Shown here: positions 47,167 to 55,608 of the stretch, in pieces
Layout of the letters: the number at the start of each line of letters is the position of its first letter
How positions within the stretch are numbered: the stretch's first letter is position 1
The notes under the pieces: generated by a model
What the model was told of the DNA's origin: nothing
Databases searched by the model: none
The model's input: the letters and a program-made list of their open reading frames with translations, nothing else
Program-made: the position numbers and the translations under genes
NCBI GenBank assembly: GCA_002011125.2
Contig: MTMF02000009.1
Span: forward strand, 1,544,989 to 1,608,988
Reading direction: 5' to 3'
Source: Candidatus Hydrothermarchaeum profundi
GTDB lineage: Archaea; Hydrothermarchaeota; Hydrothermarchaeia; Hydrothermarchaeales; Hydrothermarchaeaceae
DNA length: 64,000 nucleotides

Positions 47167-48087
47167 ATGAGTATGCTGAGATTCGAAAGAGAACAAAGTA
47201 TTTTTAACATTGAGGGAATAAAGATAGGGGGGCAGCCAGGGGAAAATCCTGTTGTCCTAATTGGATCGATTTTTTACTCAGGACATAAAATTGTCAAAGA
47301 TCAAAAAAGAGGAGTATTTGATAAAGAGAAAGCCGAAGAGTTAATTCAACAGCAAGCAGAGATATCAGAGATAACAGGGGTGCCCTACATATTTGATGTT
47401 GTTGCTGAAAACCCAGAAGCAATGGAAAAATATGTGGATTTTATATCAGATACTACATCTGCCCCATTTATATTAGACGGGATCGATCCAGATACCAGGA
47501 TGAAAGCTTTAAACCATATAGTAGAAATTGGTGTAACCTCGAGGACTATCTACGGACAAATCAGTCCTACAACAAAACCAGATGAACTACAATCTATAAA
47601 AGACTCAGGGATAAAGAGTTCAATAGTATTCGCTTTCAGCTCATATGATCCTACAGCTGAAGGTAAAGTTGCATTATTAGAGAGTATAGACGGGAAAAAA
47701 GGATTATTGGAGATAGCTAAAGATGCGGGTATAAGTCAACCTTTGATTGACACAGCAGTTTTAGATATTTCTAGCGTTGCTGTAGCATCAGACGCGATAC
47801 AGATAGTTAAGCAGAAATATGGTCTTCCTTCTGGTTGCGCCCCAGCTAACGGTGTATCGATGTGGAAGAAATCAAAAATTTCTAAAGAATTTTATAGATC
47901 GTGTGAAGCCTCAGCTATGGTATTCACAAGATCTAGAGGAGCGGATTTCATTTTATATGGCCCTATAGAAGCAGCTAAGACTGTTTTTCCATCTATTGCA
48001 ACATACGAGGCTTTACTTGCATATACGTTGAAATGGGCGTATGGATTTATACCCAATAAAGACCATCCATTTTTCAAAATGTTTTGA
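47167..48087 (+). CDS. mtrH: MtrH-family pterin methyltransferase, stand-alone
   Basis: FEREQ..IGGQPGENPVVLIGSIFYSGH, GCAPANG, ILYGPIE. Confidence 0.88.
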   Translation: MSMLRFEREQSIFNIEGIKIGGQPGENPVVLIGSIFYSGHKIVKDQKRGVFDKEKAEELIQQQAEISEITGVPYIFDVVAENPEAMEKYVDFISDTTSAPFILDGIDPDTRMKALNHIVEIGVTSRTIYGQISPTTKPDELQSIKDSGIKSSIVFAFSSYDPTAEGKVALLESIDGKKGLLEIAKDAGISQPLIDTAVLDISSVAVASDAIQIVKQKYGLPSGCAPANGVSMWKKSKISKEFYRSCEASAMVFTRSRGADFILYGPIEAAKTVFPSIATYEALLAYTLKWAYGFIPNKDHPFFKMF

Positions 48088-48119
48088 AAAGAATGGGTGG
48101 GATTATCTTTCTTTTTTAT

Positions 48120-49064
48120 TTAGGTATTTGGTTTAGACCTAAGGAAATCCCAGAAGTCCTTGAGAATAGGAGACCTTTTGCAAAGACCTCTATTACAAAC
48201 CGCGTAAAATTTTCTAGTTGTATCGCCAACACCAGAAATTTTTAATAGTTTAATTTTACGGCCCTCCCGCATAGCTTTTTCAACAGGCAACGAACATATG
48301 ATTCCTATTCCAAGCCCGTTCTCTATTGCCGTGAGAATGGTTCCAGGCCAATCTAAATGAGCTACAACATTAAAATCAGAGTAATCATATCCTCCCCTCT
48401 CCAAGAATCTCCCAACATCCATATATAATTCAGAGTAAGGCTGTGGTGATAAAAATGGATAGTGTCTAATATCTTCCAGCGATACTCTTGACCTATCTGA
48501 AAGTTCATGATCCGAGGGGACTGCAAGTACAAGTTCATCCTGACCAATTACCATTTTTTTACATTTTTGTTTAATAAAATCGTTATTTAGCTTCGCCTTA
48601 GTAAGGCATATTATATCATATTCATCCTTCTTTAATTTTTCAATTAGAGATTTCATTTCCTCGATTTTCAATTCAATTTTTTTTACAGACGCATTGTCCC
48701 TATATTTTTCTAAATAGTTTGGAAGTATATAAAGCCCTGGAACAACGGGAGCCCCGATATGTAGTTCTTGCAGTTGATCATCATGCATTCTATTAACTTT
48801 TTGTAGTGAATCATTATATATATCCAAAAGCGATTTTGCGGTTTCAAGAATTATTTTACCCCCCTCAGTTAATTCAACTCCTTTTTGAGTTCTTTTAAAA
48901 GCTTTTACGCCATATGCCTCCTCTAAGGCTGCTATCCTCATGCTCACAGTACTTTGAGCTAAGTTAAGCTCTTTAGCTGCCTCTAATATTCCTTTTTTAT
49001 TAGAAACAAGTATAAAAGTTTCAAAATATTCTAATTTTAAATTTTTCATTATTTTCGATATCAT
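48120..49064 (-). CDS. LysR-family transcriptional regulator
   Basis: AAKELNLAQSTVSMRIAALEE..FKRT..LTEGG HTH plus substrate-binding domain; start may be ATG 49049. Confidence 0.92.
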   Translation of the reverse strand: MISKIMKNLKLEYFETFILVSNKKGILEAAKELNLAQSTVSMRIAALEEAYGVKAFKRTQKGVELTEGGKIILETAKSLLDIYNDSLQKVNRMHDDQLQELHIGAPVVPGLYILPNYLEKYRDNASVKKIELKIEEMKSLIEKLKKDEYDIICLTKAKLNNDFIKQKCKKMVIGQDELVLAVPSDHELSDRSRVSLEDIRHYPFLSPQPYSELYMDVGRFLERGGYDYSDFNVVAHLDWPGTILTAIENGLGIGIICSLPVEKAMREGRKIKLLKISGVGDTTRKFYAVCNRGLCKRSPILKDFWDFLRSKPNT

Positions 49065-49071
49065 TTTCGAA
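49054..49071. promoter_or_regulatory. TTCGA-N8-TCGAA palindrome at the lysR 5' end (candidate autoregulatory operator)
   Basis: TTCGA-TATCATTT-TCGAA downstream of a minus-strand TATA at ~49095-49103. Confidence 0.5.
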
Positions 49072-49108
49072 TAATTTAAATTTTTTTGTATGTTATATAT
49101 AAAGAATC

Positions 49109-49131
49109 GGGGGCTTCATTATGAAGCCCCC
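49109..49131 (-). terminator. Hairpin downstream of mtrH (probable terminator)
   Basis: GGGGGCTTCA-TTA-TGAAGCCCCC inverted repeat. Confidence 0.55.
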
Positions 49132-49169
49132 ATTTTCCCCGAAATGTTTTGCCCTATTTCCCCGAAGCT

Positions 49170-50117
49170 TTACCGTTTTTTCAGCGCATCCACAAAATCG
49201 GAGTAAAGCTTATTTATTGGATGCGAAGGATCTTCAGGTAAAAACTCTGTTTCTTCGAACACAAAAGTTGAGAGCATTGAGTTTGCTGTTGCTATAGCCG
49301 GGAACATCCACTTAGAACTCTCAATAGGCCCATATAGGAGGAAGTCATTCCAGAAAATCGCAGATATCGCGTGTGCAGCTGAGTCTACCCCTGCAAAGCC
49401 CAGTTTACCCCACATGCCCTCTTGAGTCTTCTTGACAAGATCTGTACCATTAGATGGGGCGCATCCTACTGGAAATCCGAAGGTTTCCTTAACTAATTTA
49501 CTCCCTAGTAGCGAGAAAGGAGTTGACGGAATTGTCATAACGGAAGTATCCGCCAAGAAGTTCTTGAACCCTGCCTCCTTCGCCCAAGGTAAAAGCTTAT
49601 CTCGAATTAGTTCTATTCTGCCTTGAGGAGTTGGATTTTCCTGGTTGAATGCTACCATAAGAACATTTTTAAGACCAATATTCTTTAACTCAGATATTTC
49701 TCTTTCGGGATCTTTACTCCACGGCGCTATGCTGTTATATAGATGCCGATCTTGCAACCCCATCTCAGCTATAATCTTAGCAGCTCCAATTTTTGGTTCT
49801 ACCGTCCAAATATCCGTAGTAAAAGGCATGTCACTTACACTCGTAACGAACTCTATATACCGCCTTGCTTCCTCAGCACTATTAGCAACTAGATCAACCA
49901 TACATGGAAGCCCGGTTTGGTCTGAGAGTTCCTCCTGTTTGTTTATAAGCTCTTCTGCTTTTTTCTTGTCGAATTTTCCTTCTTTTCTACTTTCCAGTAT
50001 TTTATGCCCGTTGTAAAACATCGTTCCAATGAGCACCAAAGGATTTTCCCCTGGCTGCCCACCGATTTTAACATTTCCTATTTTGCATACTTTTTGCTCT
50101 TTTTCAAATCTAAACAT
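49170..50117 (-). CDS. mtrH: MtrH-family pterin methyltransferase, stand-alone
   Basis: MFRFEKEQKV..IGGQPGENPLVLIGTMFYNGH, GCAPSNG, LLYGPIE. Confidence 0.88.
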   Translation of the reverse strand: MFRFEKEQKVCKIGNVKIGGQPGENPLVLIGTMFYNGHKILESRKEGKFDKKKAEELINKQEELSDQTGLPCMVDLVANSAEEARRYIEFVTSVSDMPFTTDIWTVEPKIGAAKIIAEMGLQDRHLYNSIAPWSKDPEREISELKNIGLKNVLMVAFNQENPTPQGRIELIRDKLLPWAKEAGFKNFLADTSVMTIPSTPFSLLGSKLVKETFGFPVGCAPSNGTDLVKKTQEGMWGKLGFAGVDSAAHAISAIFWNDFLLYGPIESSKWMFPAIATANSMLSTFVFEETEFLPEDPSHPINKLYSDFVDALKKR

Positions 50118-50123
50118 GTAAAA

Positions 50124-52076
50124 TCACCTTGGTATCTTATCTAGGATATCTTGGATATGCGGGAATTTATCTTTCATATGCGGAAAGTGCATCGCCATCA
50201 TAAACTCTGTCTGGAAATCAGGATCTACTGTAAGCTCTATATATCTAATTCTTCTCGCTATTTTATCAGCTTCCTTTCTCTTTTGTTTATTTAATAGTGC
50301 TATCCTAGCACCGTCTCCCGCTGCATTCCCGATTGCCTTTACTTTTTTAAGATCACAATCTGGGAACATGCCTATTACCATACTAGCTTCTTTATCTATG
50401 TAACTTCCAAAGGCACCGGCTAATAAAACTCTGTCTACTTCATTTACTCCGTATCTCTTCATTAGAATCTTGCTACCTGTGTAAAGTGCTGCTTTTGCTA
50501 ACTGCATTGCTCTAACGTCGCCTAAGGTAACAGTGATATCTTTATTGATAGAAGTCTCTTCTTTCCAAGCAAGTACGTATTCTGGCTCCCCTTTTTCATT
50601 CTTCCGTATTCTCTTGGTTTTCTCTTGCAAATCCATGTTAAACGTGCCGTTCTTCTTTATTATGCCGGCTTTGAACATCTCAGCTATAACTTCTATTATA
50701 CCAGAGCCGCATATACCTCTCGCATCTATTTTCTCAATATGGGTATGCCAGTCTGCTTTTCCAATTACCTTGTACTTAGGCTCTAATGTCTCGGGATCTA
50801 TTCTAACTCTTTCTATTGCTCCTGGAGCAGCTCTCATACCAAATTTTATCTGTGCTCCCTCAAATGCGGGTCCAGTAGCGCATGATGTAGAAAATAGTTT
50901 TTCTTTGTTTCCTAGAACTATCTCACCATTTGTACCTATATCTATTATAAGTTGAAGAATATCCTTTTTATGAGGCTCTGTTGCAACTACGACACCCATG
51001 TTGTCAGCGCCTACGAAACCGGCCTCGTTAGGCAGTACATGTGCGTATGCCCCTGGAGCTGCCTTTAGACCCATATCCCTCGCCTTTACGTCTACTGAAT
51101 GATGAGTCGCAGGCGGGAATGGAGCAAGTCCTACATATTCAGGATTAATATCTAAGAATATATGGTGCATGCAAGTGTTTCCTACCAACACAAGCTCAAG
51201 GATGTCTTCAGGAGTAAGCCCAACTTCCTTAGTAACGTTTTGTATGATTTTGTTTAATCCCTTCTTGATTGCCTCGTTCATCTTTTTTAGTCCGTCTTCG
51301 TGAGTCATCGCATAAGTAATCCTAGCCATTACGTCCTCTCCATACGGTACTTGAGGATTCATCATAGAATCTACTGCAAGGACCTTGCCGGTATCTAAAT
51401 CTGTTAGATAGCCTACCACAGTAGTTGTACCCACATCTATAGCTAACCCAACTCTCTGCTCATGATATCCTGGTCGGATATTTACGATCTCCTTATCATA
51501 TCTTACATCTACTGTAACTTTCCACTCTCCTTCTCTGAGAACATCAGGCAGTCTCTTTAACACCATGTAATCAATAGTCAAATTCTTTAAATTGTGGATA
51601 TCGCTAAGTCCTGCCATCAGCCTCTCTAAGTCGCCCACCGGATCTTCAAGTGTTGGAGGGTTTAGTTCAAGATAATATTTTTTGATAACTGGATCTAGTC
51701 TTATTTTTATATCGGCAGCAGTCTTTCTGACAATCTGCCCTCCACCCCGGCTTTCCTCCGGTACAAAGACTAATAAGTCGCCATGAATCGTAGTATTACA
51801 GGATAGTCTATAGCCAGATTCGATTTCTTCTTTTGTGAGTTTTTTCTTTTCTTGTTCTAACAGAGGCGATGTATGTTTCATGCTGGATTCAATACCGAAT
51901 TTCTCGAAGAATCCCTCGTGAATCTGCACCTTGCATTTCCCACAAGTTAATTTACCACCGCATACCGACTCGATGTCAACTCCTAATTCTTGAGCGGCCT
52001 CTCTTATCGTTTTTCCGTCTTCTACCTCTCCGCGTCTGCCAGATGGTTGGAAAATGACCTTATGCATCTCCACCAT
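50124..52076 (-). CDS. Reductive activator of corrinoid proteins (RACo/DUF4445, 2Fe-2S plus ASKHA ATPase)
   Basis: CGGKLTCGKC..RLSC, DVGTTT, NPQVPYGEDVMARI, DIGTNGE, ATGPAFEG, GICGSG, GNAAGDGA. Confidence 0.92.
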   Translation of the reverse strand: MVEMHKVIFQPSGRRGEVEDGKTIREAAQELGVDIESVCGGKLTCGKCKVQIHEGFFEKFGIESSMKHTSPLLEQEKKKLTKEEIESGYRLSCNTTIHGDLLVFVPEESRGGGQIVRKTAADIKIRLDPVIKKYYLELNPPTLEDPVGDLERLMAGLSDIHNLKNLTIDYMVLKRLPDVLREGEWKVTVDVRYDKEIVNIRPGYHEQRVGLAIDVGTTTVVGYLTDLDTGKVLAVDSMMNPQVPYGEDVMARITYAMTHEDGLKKMNEAIKKGLNKIIQNVTKEVGLTPEDILELVLVGNTCMHHIFLDINPEYVGLAPFPPATHHSVDVKARDMGLKAAPGAYAHVLPNEAGFVGADNMGVVVATEPHKKDILQLIIDIGTNGEIVLGNKEKLFSTSCATGPAFEGAQIKFGMRAAPGAIERVRIDPETLEPKYKVIGKADWHTHIEKIDARGICGSGIIEVIAEMFKAGIIKKNGTFNMDLQEKTKRIRKNEKGEPEYVLAWKEETSINKDITVTLGDVRAMQLAKAALYTGSKILMKRYGVNEVDRVLLAGAFGSYIDKEASMVIGMFPDCDLKKVKAIGNAAGDGARIALLNKQKRKEADKIARRIRYIELTVDPDFQTEFMMAMHFPHMKDKFPHIQDILDKIPR

Positions 52077-52078
52077 AC

Positions 52079-52762
52079 TTAGATCTCTCCTTTCTTTTTC
52101 ATTTCTCTCAAGGTTGATACCATCCTTAGGGCTTCTGAAAGAGCATTGCTGGCATCTGGAGCATATCCGTCTGCACCATACTTTTTGGCTATATCCTCGG
52201 ACAAGGGGGCTCCGCCAAGAAGGATCAAGACGTTTGGGTTCTTTTCTTTGATTTTTTCTACTACTTTTTTCATTCCAACCATAGTGGTTGTCATCATAGC
52301 AGACAGAGCGACAATATCAGAATCAGTTCTCATCTGCTCTTCTACGAATTTCTCTAATGGAACATCCTTTCCAAGGTCGTGGACTGTAAATCCAGCAGTT
52401 TCAAACATGAGCTTTACTATGTTCTTTCCTATGTCATGCACGTCTCCTTCTACCGTACCAATGACTACTTCTCCTTTTAACCTCTCTTTACTTTCGTCGA
52501 TCTTGACATGGGGTCTAAGTATATCCAATCCAGCGTAAAGGGCATCTGCGCACATTAGAACTTCTGGAACAAAGTACTCATTTTTCTCAAAGAGATCACC
52601 TACAACTTCCATTCCTGCAGCAAGTCCTTCGAAAATTCCTTCGTTGGCGTCAAACCCGTTTTTTATCCACTCTTCTGCGGCCTTTTTAACCCTCTCTTCA
52701 TCATAATTAATTACCCCCTCCTTGAGTTCCTCTAAAAGCTCCTTCTTTTTATCTTCACTCAT
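52079..52762 (-). CDS. Methyltransferase cognate corrinoid protein
   Basis: GTVEGDVHDIGKN, SAMMTTTM, GGAP. Confidence 0.94.
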   Translation of the reverse strand: MSEDKKKELLEELKEGVINYDEERVKKAAEEWIKNGFDANEGIFEGLAAGMEVVGDLFEKNEYFVPEVLMCADALYAGLDILRPHVKIDESKERLKGEVVIGTVEGDVHDIGKNIVKLMFETAGFTVHDLGKDVPLEKFVEEQMRTDSDIVALSAMMTTTMVGMKKVVEKIKEKNPNVLILLGGAPLSEDIAKKYGADGYAPDASNALSEALRMVSTLREMKKKGEI

Positions 52763-52774
52763 TTTACATCACTC

Positions 52775-53797
52775 CTATGAAAGTTTTCCATATTTTTCAG
52801 TAGCTTCAACAAGTGCTTTCATATTTTCTGGTGGAACGTCTGGCCAGATGTCACATCCAGGCCATATGCCGTTAACGCCTTTTTCAATCACATCTTTAAC
52901 CGCATTTTCTACATCTTGTACTGTGCCCTGGACTAGTACATTATAAGGATCTAAGTTACCTAACAATATCGTATCATCCCCTATCTTCTGTCTCGTTTGA
53001 ACTAAATCATTCTTTTGGTCAACACTTATTGCATCTGCGCCACATTCATTCATTAGCTCAACTATTGGATTTGTATTTCCACATATGTGAAGGATCCTTG
53101 GCGCTTCAATTCCTTCTATGGTCTTAATTAAATGAGGCTGAACTAGTGTTTTAAACATTCTGGGACTAATAACATCCGAAGGTGCTCCCATTTCTCTGAT
53201 CGTAATATAATCGGCACCTGCTTCTTTTTCTAGTTTGGCGACTCTGGTAGCAACGTCTACTAATCCAGTTAAAATCCTGTTTACATCATCTGGCCTTTTG
53301 AAAGATATTTTTAGAAGCTCATTAAGATCCATTATCTGCCCGGCTAGAGTGAATGGTCCAAGAACATATGATCCAATTGGAACTTCATCCCCAATATCAT
53401 CTTTAAGCAACCCTATGACCTCTTTAATCATTGGGAGTCTTCCTCTTTCTTCAAGATCATCAGGGATATTAACTTCATCTCCCGCTTTCACCAGCTTTGT
53501 TTTTATAGTTGGATAAAGTATATTGTCCTCAACATGAGCATACCAGTTGATTTCAGATCCCAAAGCCTCTGCTTCTAGACATAAGTCGAATGGCACTACT
53601 GCGCACTCGTACCCATATAGCTTATAAGTTGATGCCGCGAGCTTTGCCATATCTTCCGCGTTTTTATGCACTTCTGCAAACTTTATGTTGTACTTTTTCA
53701 TTCCCTCTACCGTGACGTTCCCCATTCCACTAAAACACGGTACCCGGTCTATTTTTTCCTTTTTAAGTAATCCTAAAACTCTTTCTTTTGGTGTCAT
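52775..53797 (-). CDS. MtaA/CmuA-family methyltransferase
   Basis: MTPKERV..IDRVP, VPFDLCLEAEALG, GPFTLAG, LHICG, PGCD; start ATG 53797 (track 53848). Confidence 0.9.
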   Translation of the reverse strand: MTPKERVLGLLKKEKIDRVPCFSGMGNVTVEGMKKYNIKFAEVHKNAEDMAKLAASTYKLYGYECAVVPFDLCLEAEALGSEINWYAHVEDNILYPTIKTKLVKAGDEVNIPDDLEERGRLPMIKEVIGLLKDDIGDEVPIGSYVLGPFTLAGQIMDLNELLKISFKRPDDVNRILTGLVDVATRVAKLEKEAGADYITIREMGAPSDVISPRMFKTLVQPHLIKTIEGIEAPRILHICGNTNPIVELMNECGADAISVDQKNDLVQTRQKIGDDTILLGNLDPYNVLVQGTVQDVENAVKDVIEKGVNGIWPGCDIWPDVPPENMKALVEATEKYGKLS

Positions 53798-53880
53798 CTT
53801 ATTTCTCTCCCGATATTCAAAATTTTTCTTCTGCACCATGTGGAACATTTTTTCTTGCTATAGAATATAGAATTCCACAT
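53794..53880 (-). CDS. Candidate 28-aa leader peptide (uORF)
   Basis: AGGAGG RBS, MWNSIFYSKKKCSTWCRRKILNIGREIR, stop overlaps the methyltransferase ATG (ATGA). Confidence 0.4.
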   Translation of the reverse strand: MWNSIFYSKKKCSTWCRRKILNIGREIR

Positions 53881-54031
53881 GGTCTTCCTCCTTACCCTCT
53901 CTTAAACTGATATTTAAATTTTACTGATAATTTTAAATACTATTTACAAATAATCACTTATTGGTTGAACAAAAATACATATAAATTGGTATTAAAATTT
54001 ATAAAAATTAGACAAATTCCAAGGGAAGAAT

Positions 54032-54541
54032 ATGTTAAAGATAGATGAAAAAGATATAAAAATTTTAAGATGCATTGACGAAGTAGGAAACTCAAATATC
54101 GATGAAATTGCTAAGATGACCAATATCTCCCGCTCCACTATTCACTACAGACTGAAGAAATACCAAGAGTCAGGTATAATTAAGGGAACATTAGTGGATT
54201 TAGACCCTATAGAACTTGGATTAGATATAACCGCGATAATCCTCGTAAATGCCGTTTATGAGAAGATATATGCAGAAGAACTTGGAGAAAAGCTATCAAA
54301 AATACCGGGTGTTATATCTGTATATTATGTTCTTGGTGGAGTAGACTTTATACTTATTTGCAAAGCTATGGACCGAGAAGACCTCAAAAGAGTTTTAAGA
54401 GACATCAACTCAACGGAAGGTGTAATAAGGACAGGGACCCACTTTGTCGCTGCAACTATCAAAGAAGAGAAAAGGATCTTAGTTAATTACCCAGAAGAAA
54501 TGCTTAAAAAACTTTTTTATTCTAAGTTGAACAGGAAGTGA
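54032..54541 (+). CDS. Lrp/AsnC-family transcriptional regulator
   Basis: IDEKDIKIL..EIAKMTNISRSTIHYRLKK..GII plus RAM domain. Confidence 0.92.
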   Translation: MLKIDEKDIKILRCIDEVGNSNIDEIAKMTNISRSTIHYRLKKYQESGIIKGTLVDLDPIELGLDITAIILVNAVYEKIYAEELGEKLSKIPGVISVYYVLGGVDFILICKAMDREDLKRVLRDINSTEGVIRTGTHFVAATIKEEKRILVNYPEEMLKKLFYSKLNRK

Positions 54542-54547
54542 ATTCTT

Positions 54548-55549
54548 ATGACACCCAAAGAGAGATTTATGAAGGCTCTGAACCTTCAAAAAGTTGACAG
54601 GCCACCTGTCACCTGCGCTAATCAAACCGCCACCCTTGATCAAATGGAGAAAATAGGGATTTACTGGCCAGAGGCGCACAAAGACCCTTTCAAAATGGCT
54701 AGATTAGCTGCGGCTGCGTGGGAACAATTAGGACTAGAAGGCGCTGGAGTCCCCTTTTGTCAAACAGTTGAAGCAGAAATTTTTGGATGCGAGATAAAAT
54801 GGGGCAGAAAGAAGACAGATATTCCTCAGGCACCCTCTAAGGGATACAAATCCCCTGATGGAGTAAAGGTTCCAGAAAACATTTTAGAGAAAGGCAGAAT
54901 CCCGGTTGTCCTGAAAGCTATTGAGCTACTTAGCGATAAATATGGAGGAGAAATCCCCATATATGGGCATGTGATAGGCCCTTTCTCCCTAGCAGCACAT
55001 TTAGCAGGAATGGAAAAGATCATGGTAACCGCATTCAAGAACCCAGATGTTGTTAACGAGTTCACTCATCTCGGGGTTGATACTATAGCTGAATACGGGA
55101 ATGCGATGTTTGATCATGGAGCAGATGTAGTAGTAATAGAGAATATGTTTGCTTCTGTAGATATAATGGGGCCCCAAGGGTATGCTAGAGTGGCTGCTCC
55201 ATATGATAAGGAATTGATAAACAAGTTGAAGGGACCTACAGTACTCCATGTATGTGGAAATGGGACTTTGATCATAGAAGACATGATAAAGACGGGTGCA
55301 ACATGTATAAGCATCGATAGTAGAACCGATGCTAAAAAATCGGTTATTGCTGCAAAGAGGAAGGCTGCAATAATGGGGAATGTGGATACCATGAAGGTTC
55401 TCACGTATGGAACACCTGAGGGAGTGAAAACTGATACTATGAGGGCAATCGAAGCAGGTATCGACATAGTTGCTCCGGGTTGCGCTATTTCTCCTTTAAC
55501 TCCTAACAAGAATCTAAAGGCGATGGTGGATACCGTTAAGATGTTATAA
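54548..55549 (+). CDS. MtaA/CmuA-family methylcobamide:thiol methyltransferase
   Basis: VDRPPV..NQTAT, WPEAH, VPFCQTVEAE, GPFSLA, LHVCG, APGC; closest to MtaA/MtbA of the four. Confidence 0.9.
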   Translation: MTPKERFMKALNLQKVDRPPVTCANQTATLDQMEKIGIYWPEAHKDPFKMARLAAAAWEQLGLEGAGVPFCQTVEAEIFGCEIKWGRKKTDIPQAPSKGYKSPDGVKVPENILEKGRIPVVLKAIELLSDKYGGEIPIYGHVIGPFSLAAHLAGMEKIMVTAFKNPDVVNEFTHLGVDTIAEYGNAMFDHGADVVVIENMFASVDIMGPQGYARVAAPYDKELINKLKGPTVLHVCGNGTLIIEDMIKTGATCISIDSRTDAKKSVIAAKRKAAIMGNVDTMKVLTYGTPEGVKTDTMRAIEAGIDIVAPGCAISPLTPNKNLKAMVDTVKML

Positions 55550-55608
55550 AAACCATTTCGCTACTTTTTTATATTAAACTCTCAATTAACCACAAGTAAG
55601 TTGACGTA

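Noticed and set aside
49109-49166. Minus-strand GGGCAAAAC..stem resembling a c-di-GMP-I riboswitch, with a TTTCCCCGAA direct repeat
   Set aside because: Lacks the GNRA tetraloop and GCAAAG junction, and lies upstream of the lysR TATA box; a terminator is the simpler reading
47167-50117. mtrH and comDE as proof of methanogenesis
   Set aside because: No mcr or mtrA-G in the window; stand-alone MtrH also occurs in non-methanogens
39746-55549. Pyrrolysine or selenocysteine readthrough in methyltransferase genes
   Set aside because: All ORFs appear full length with natural ends; no MttB/MtbB/MtmB genes or split frames seen
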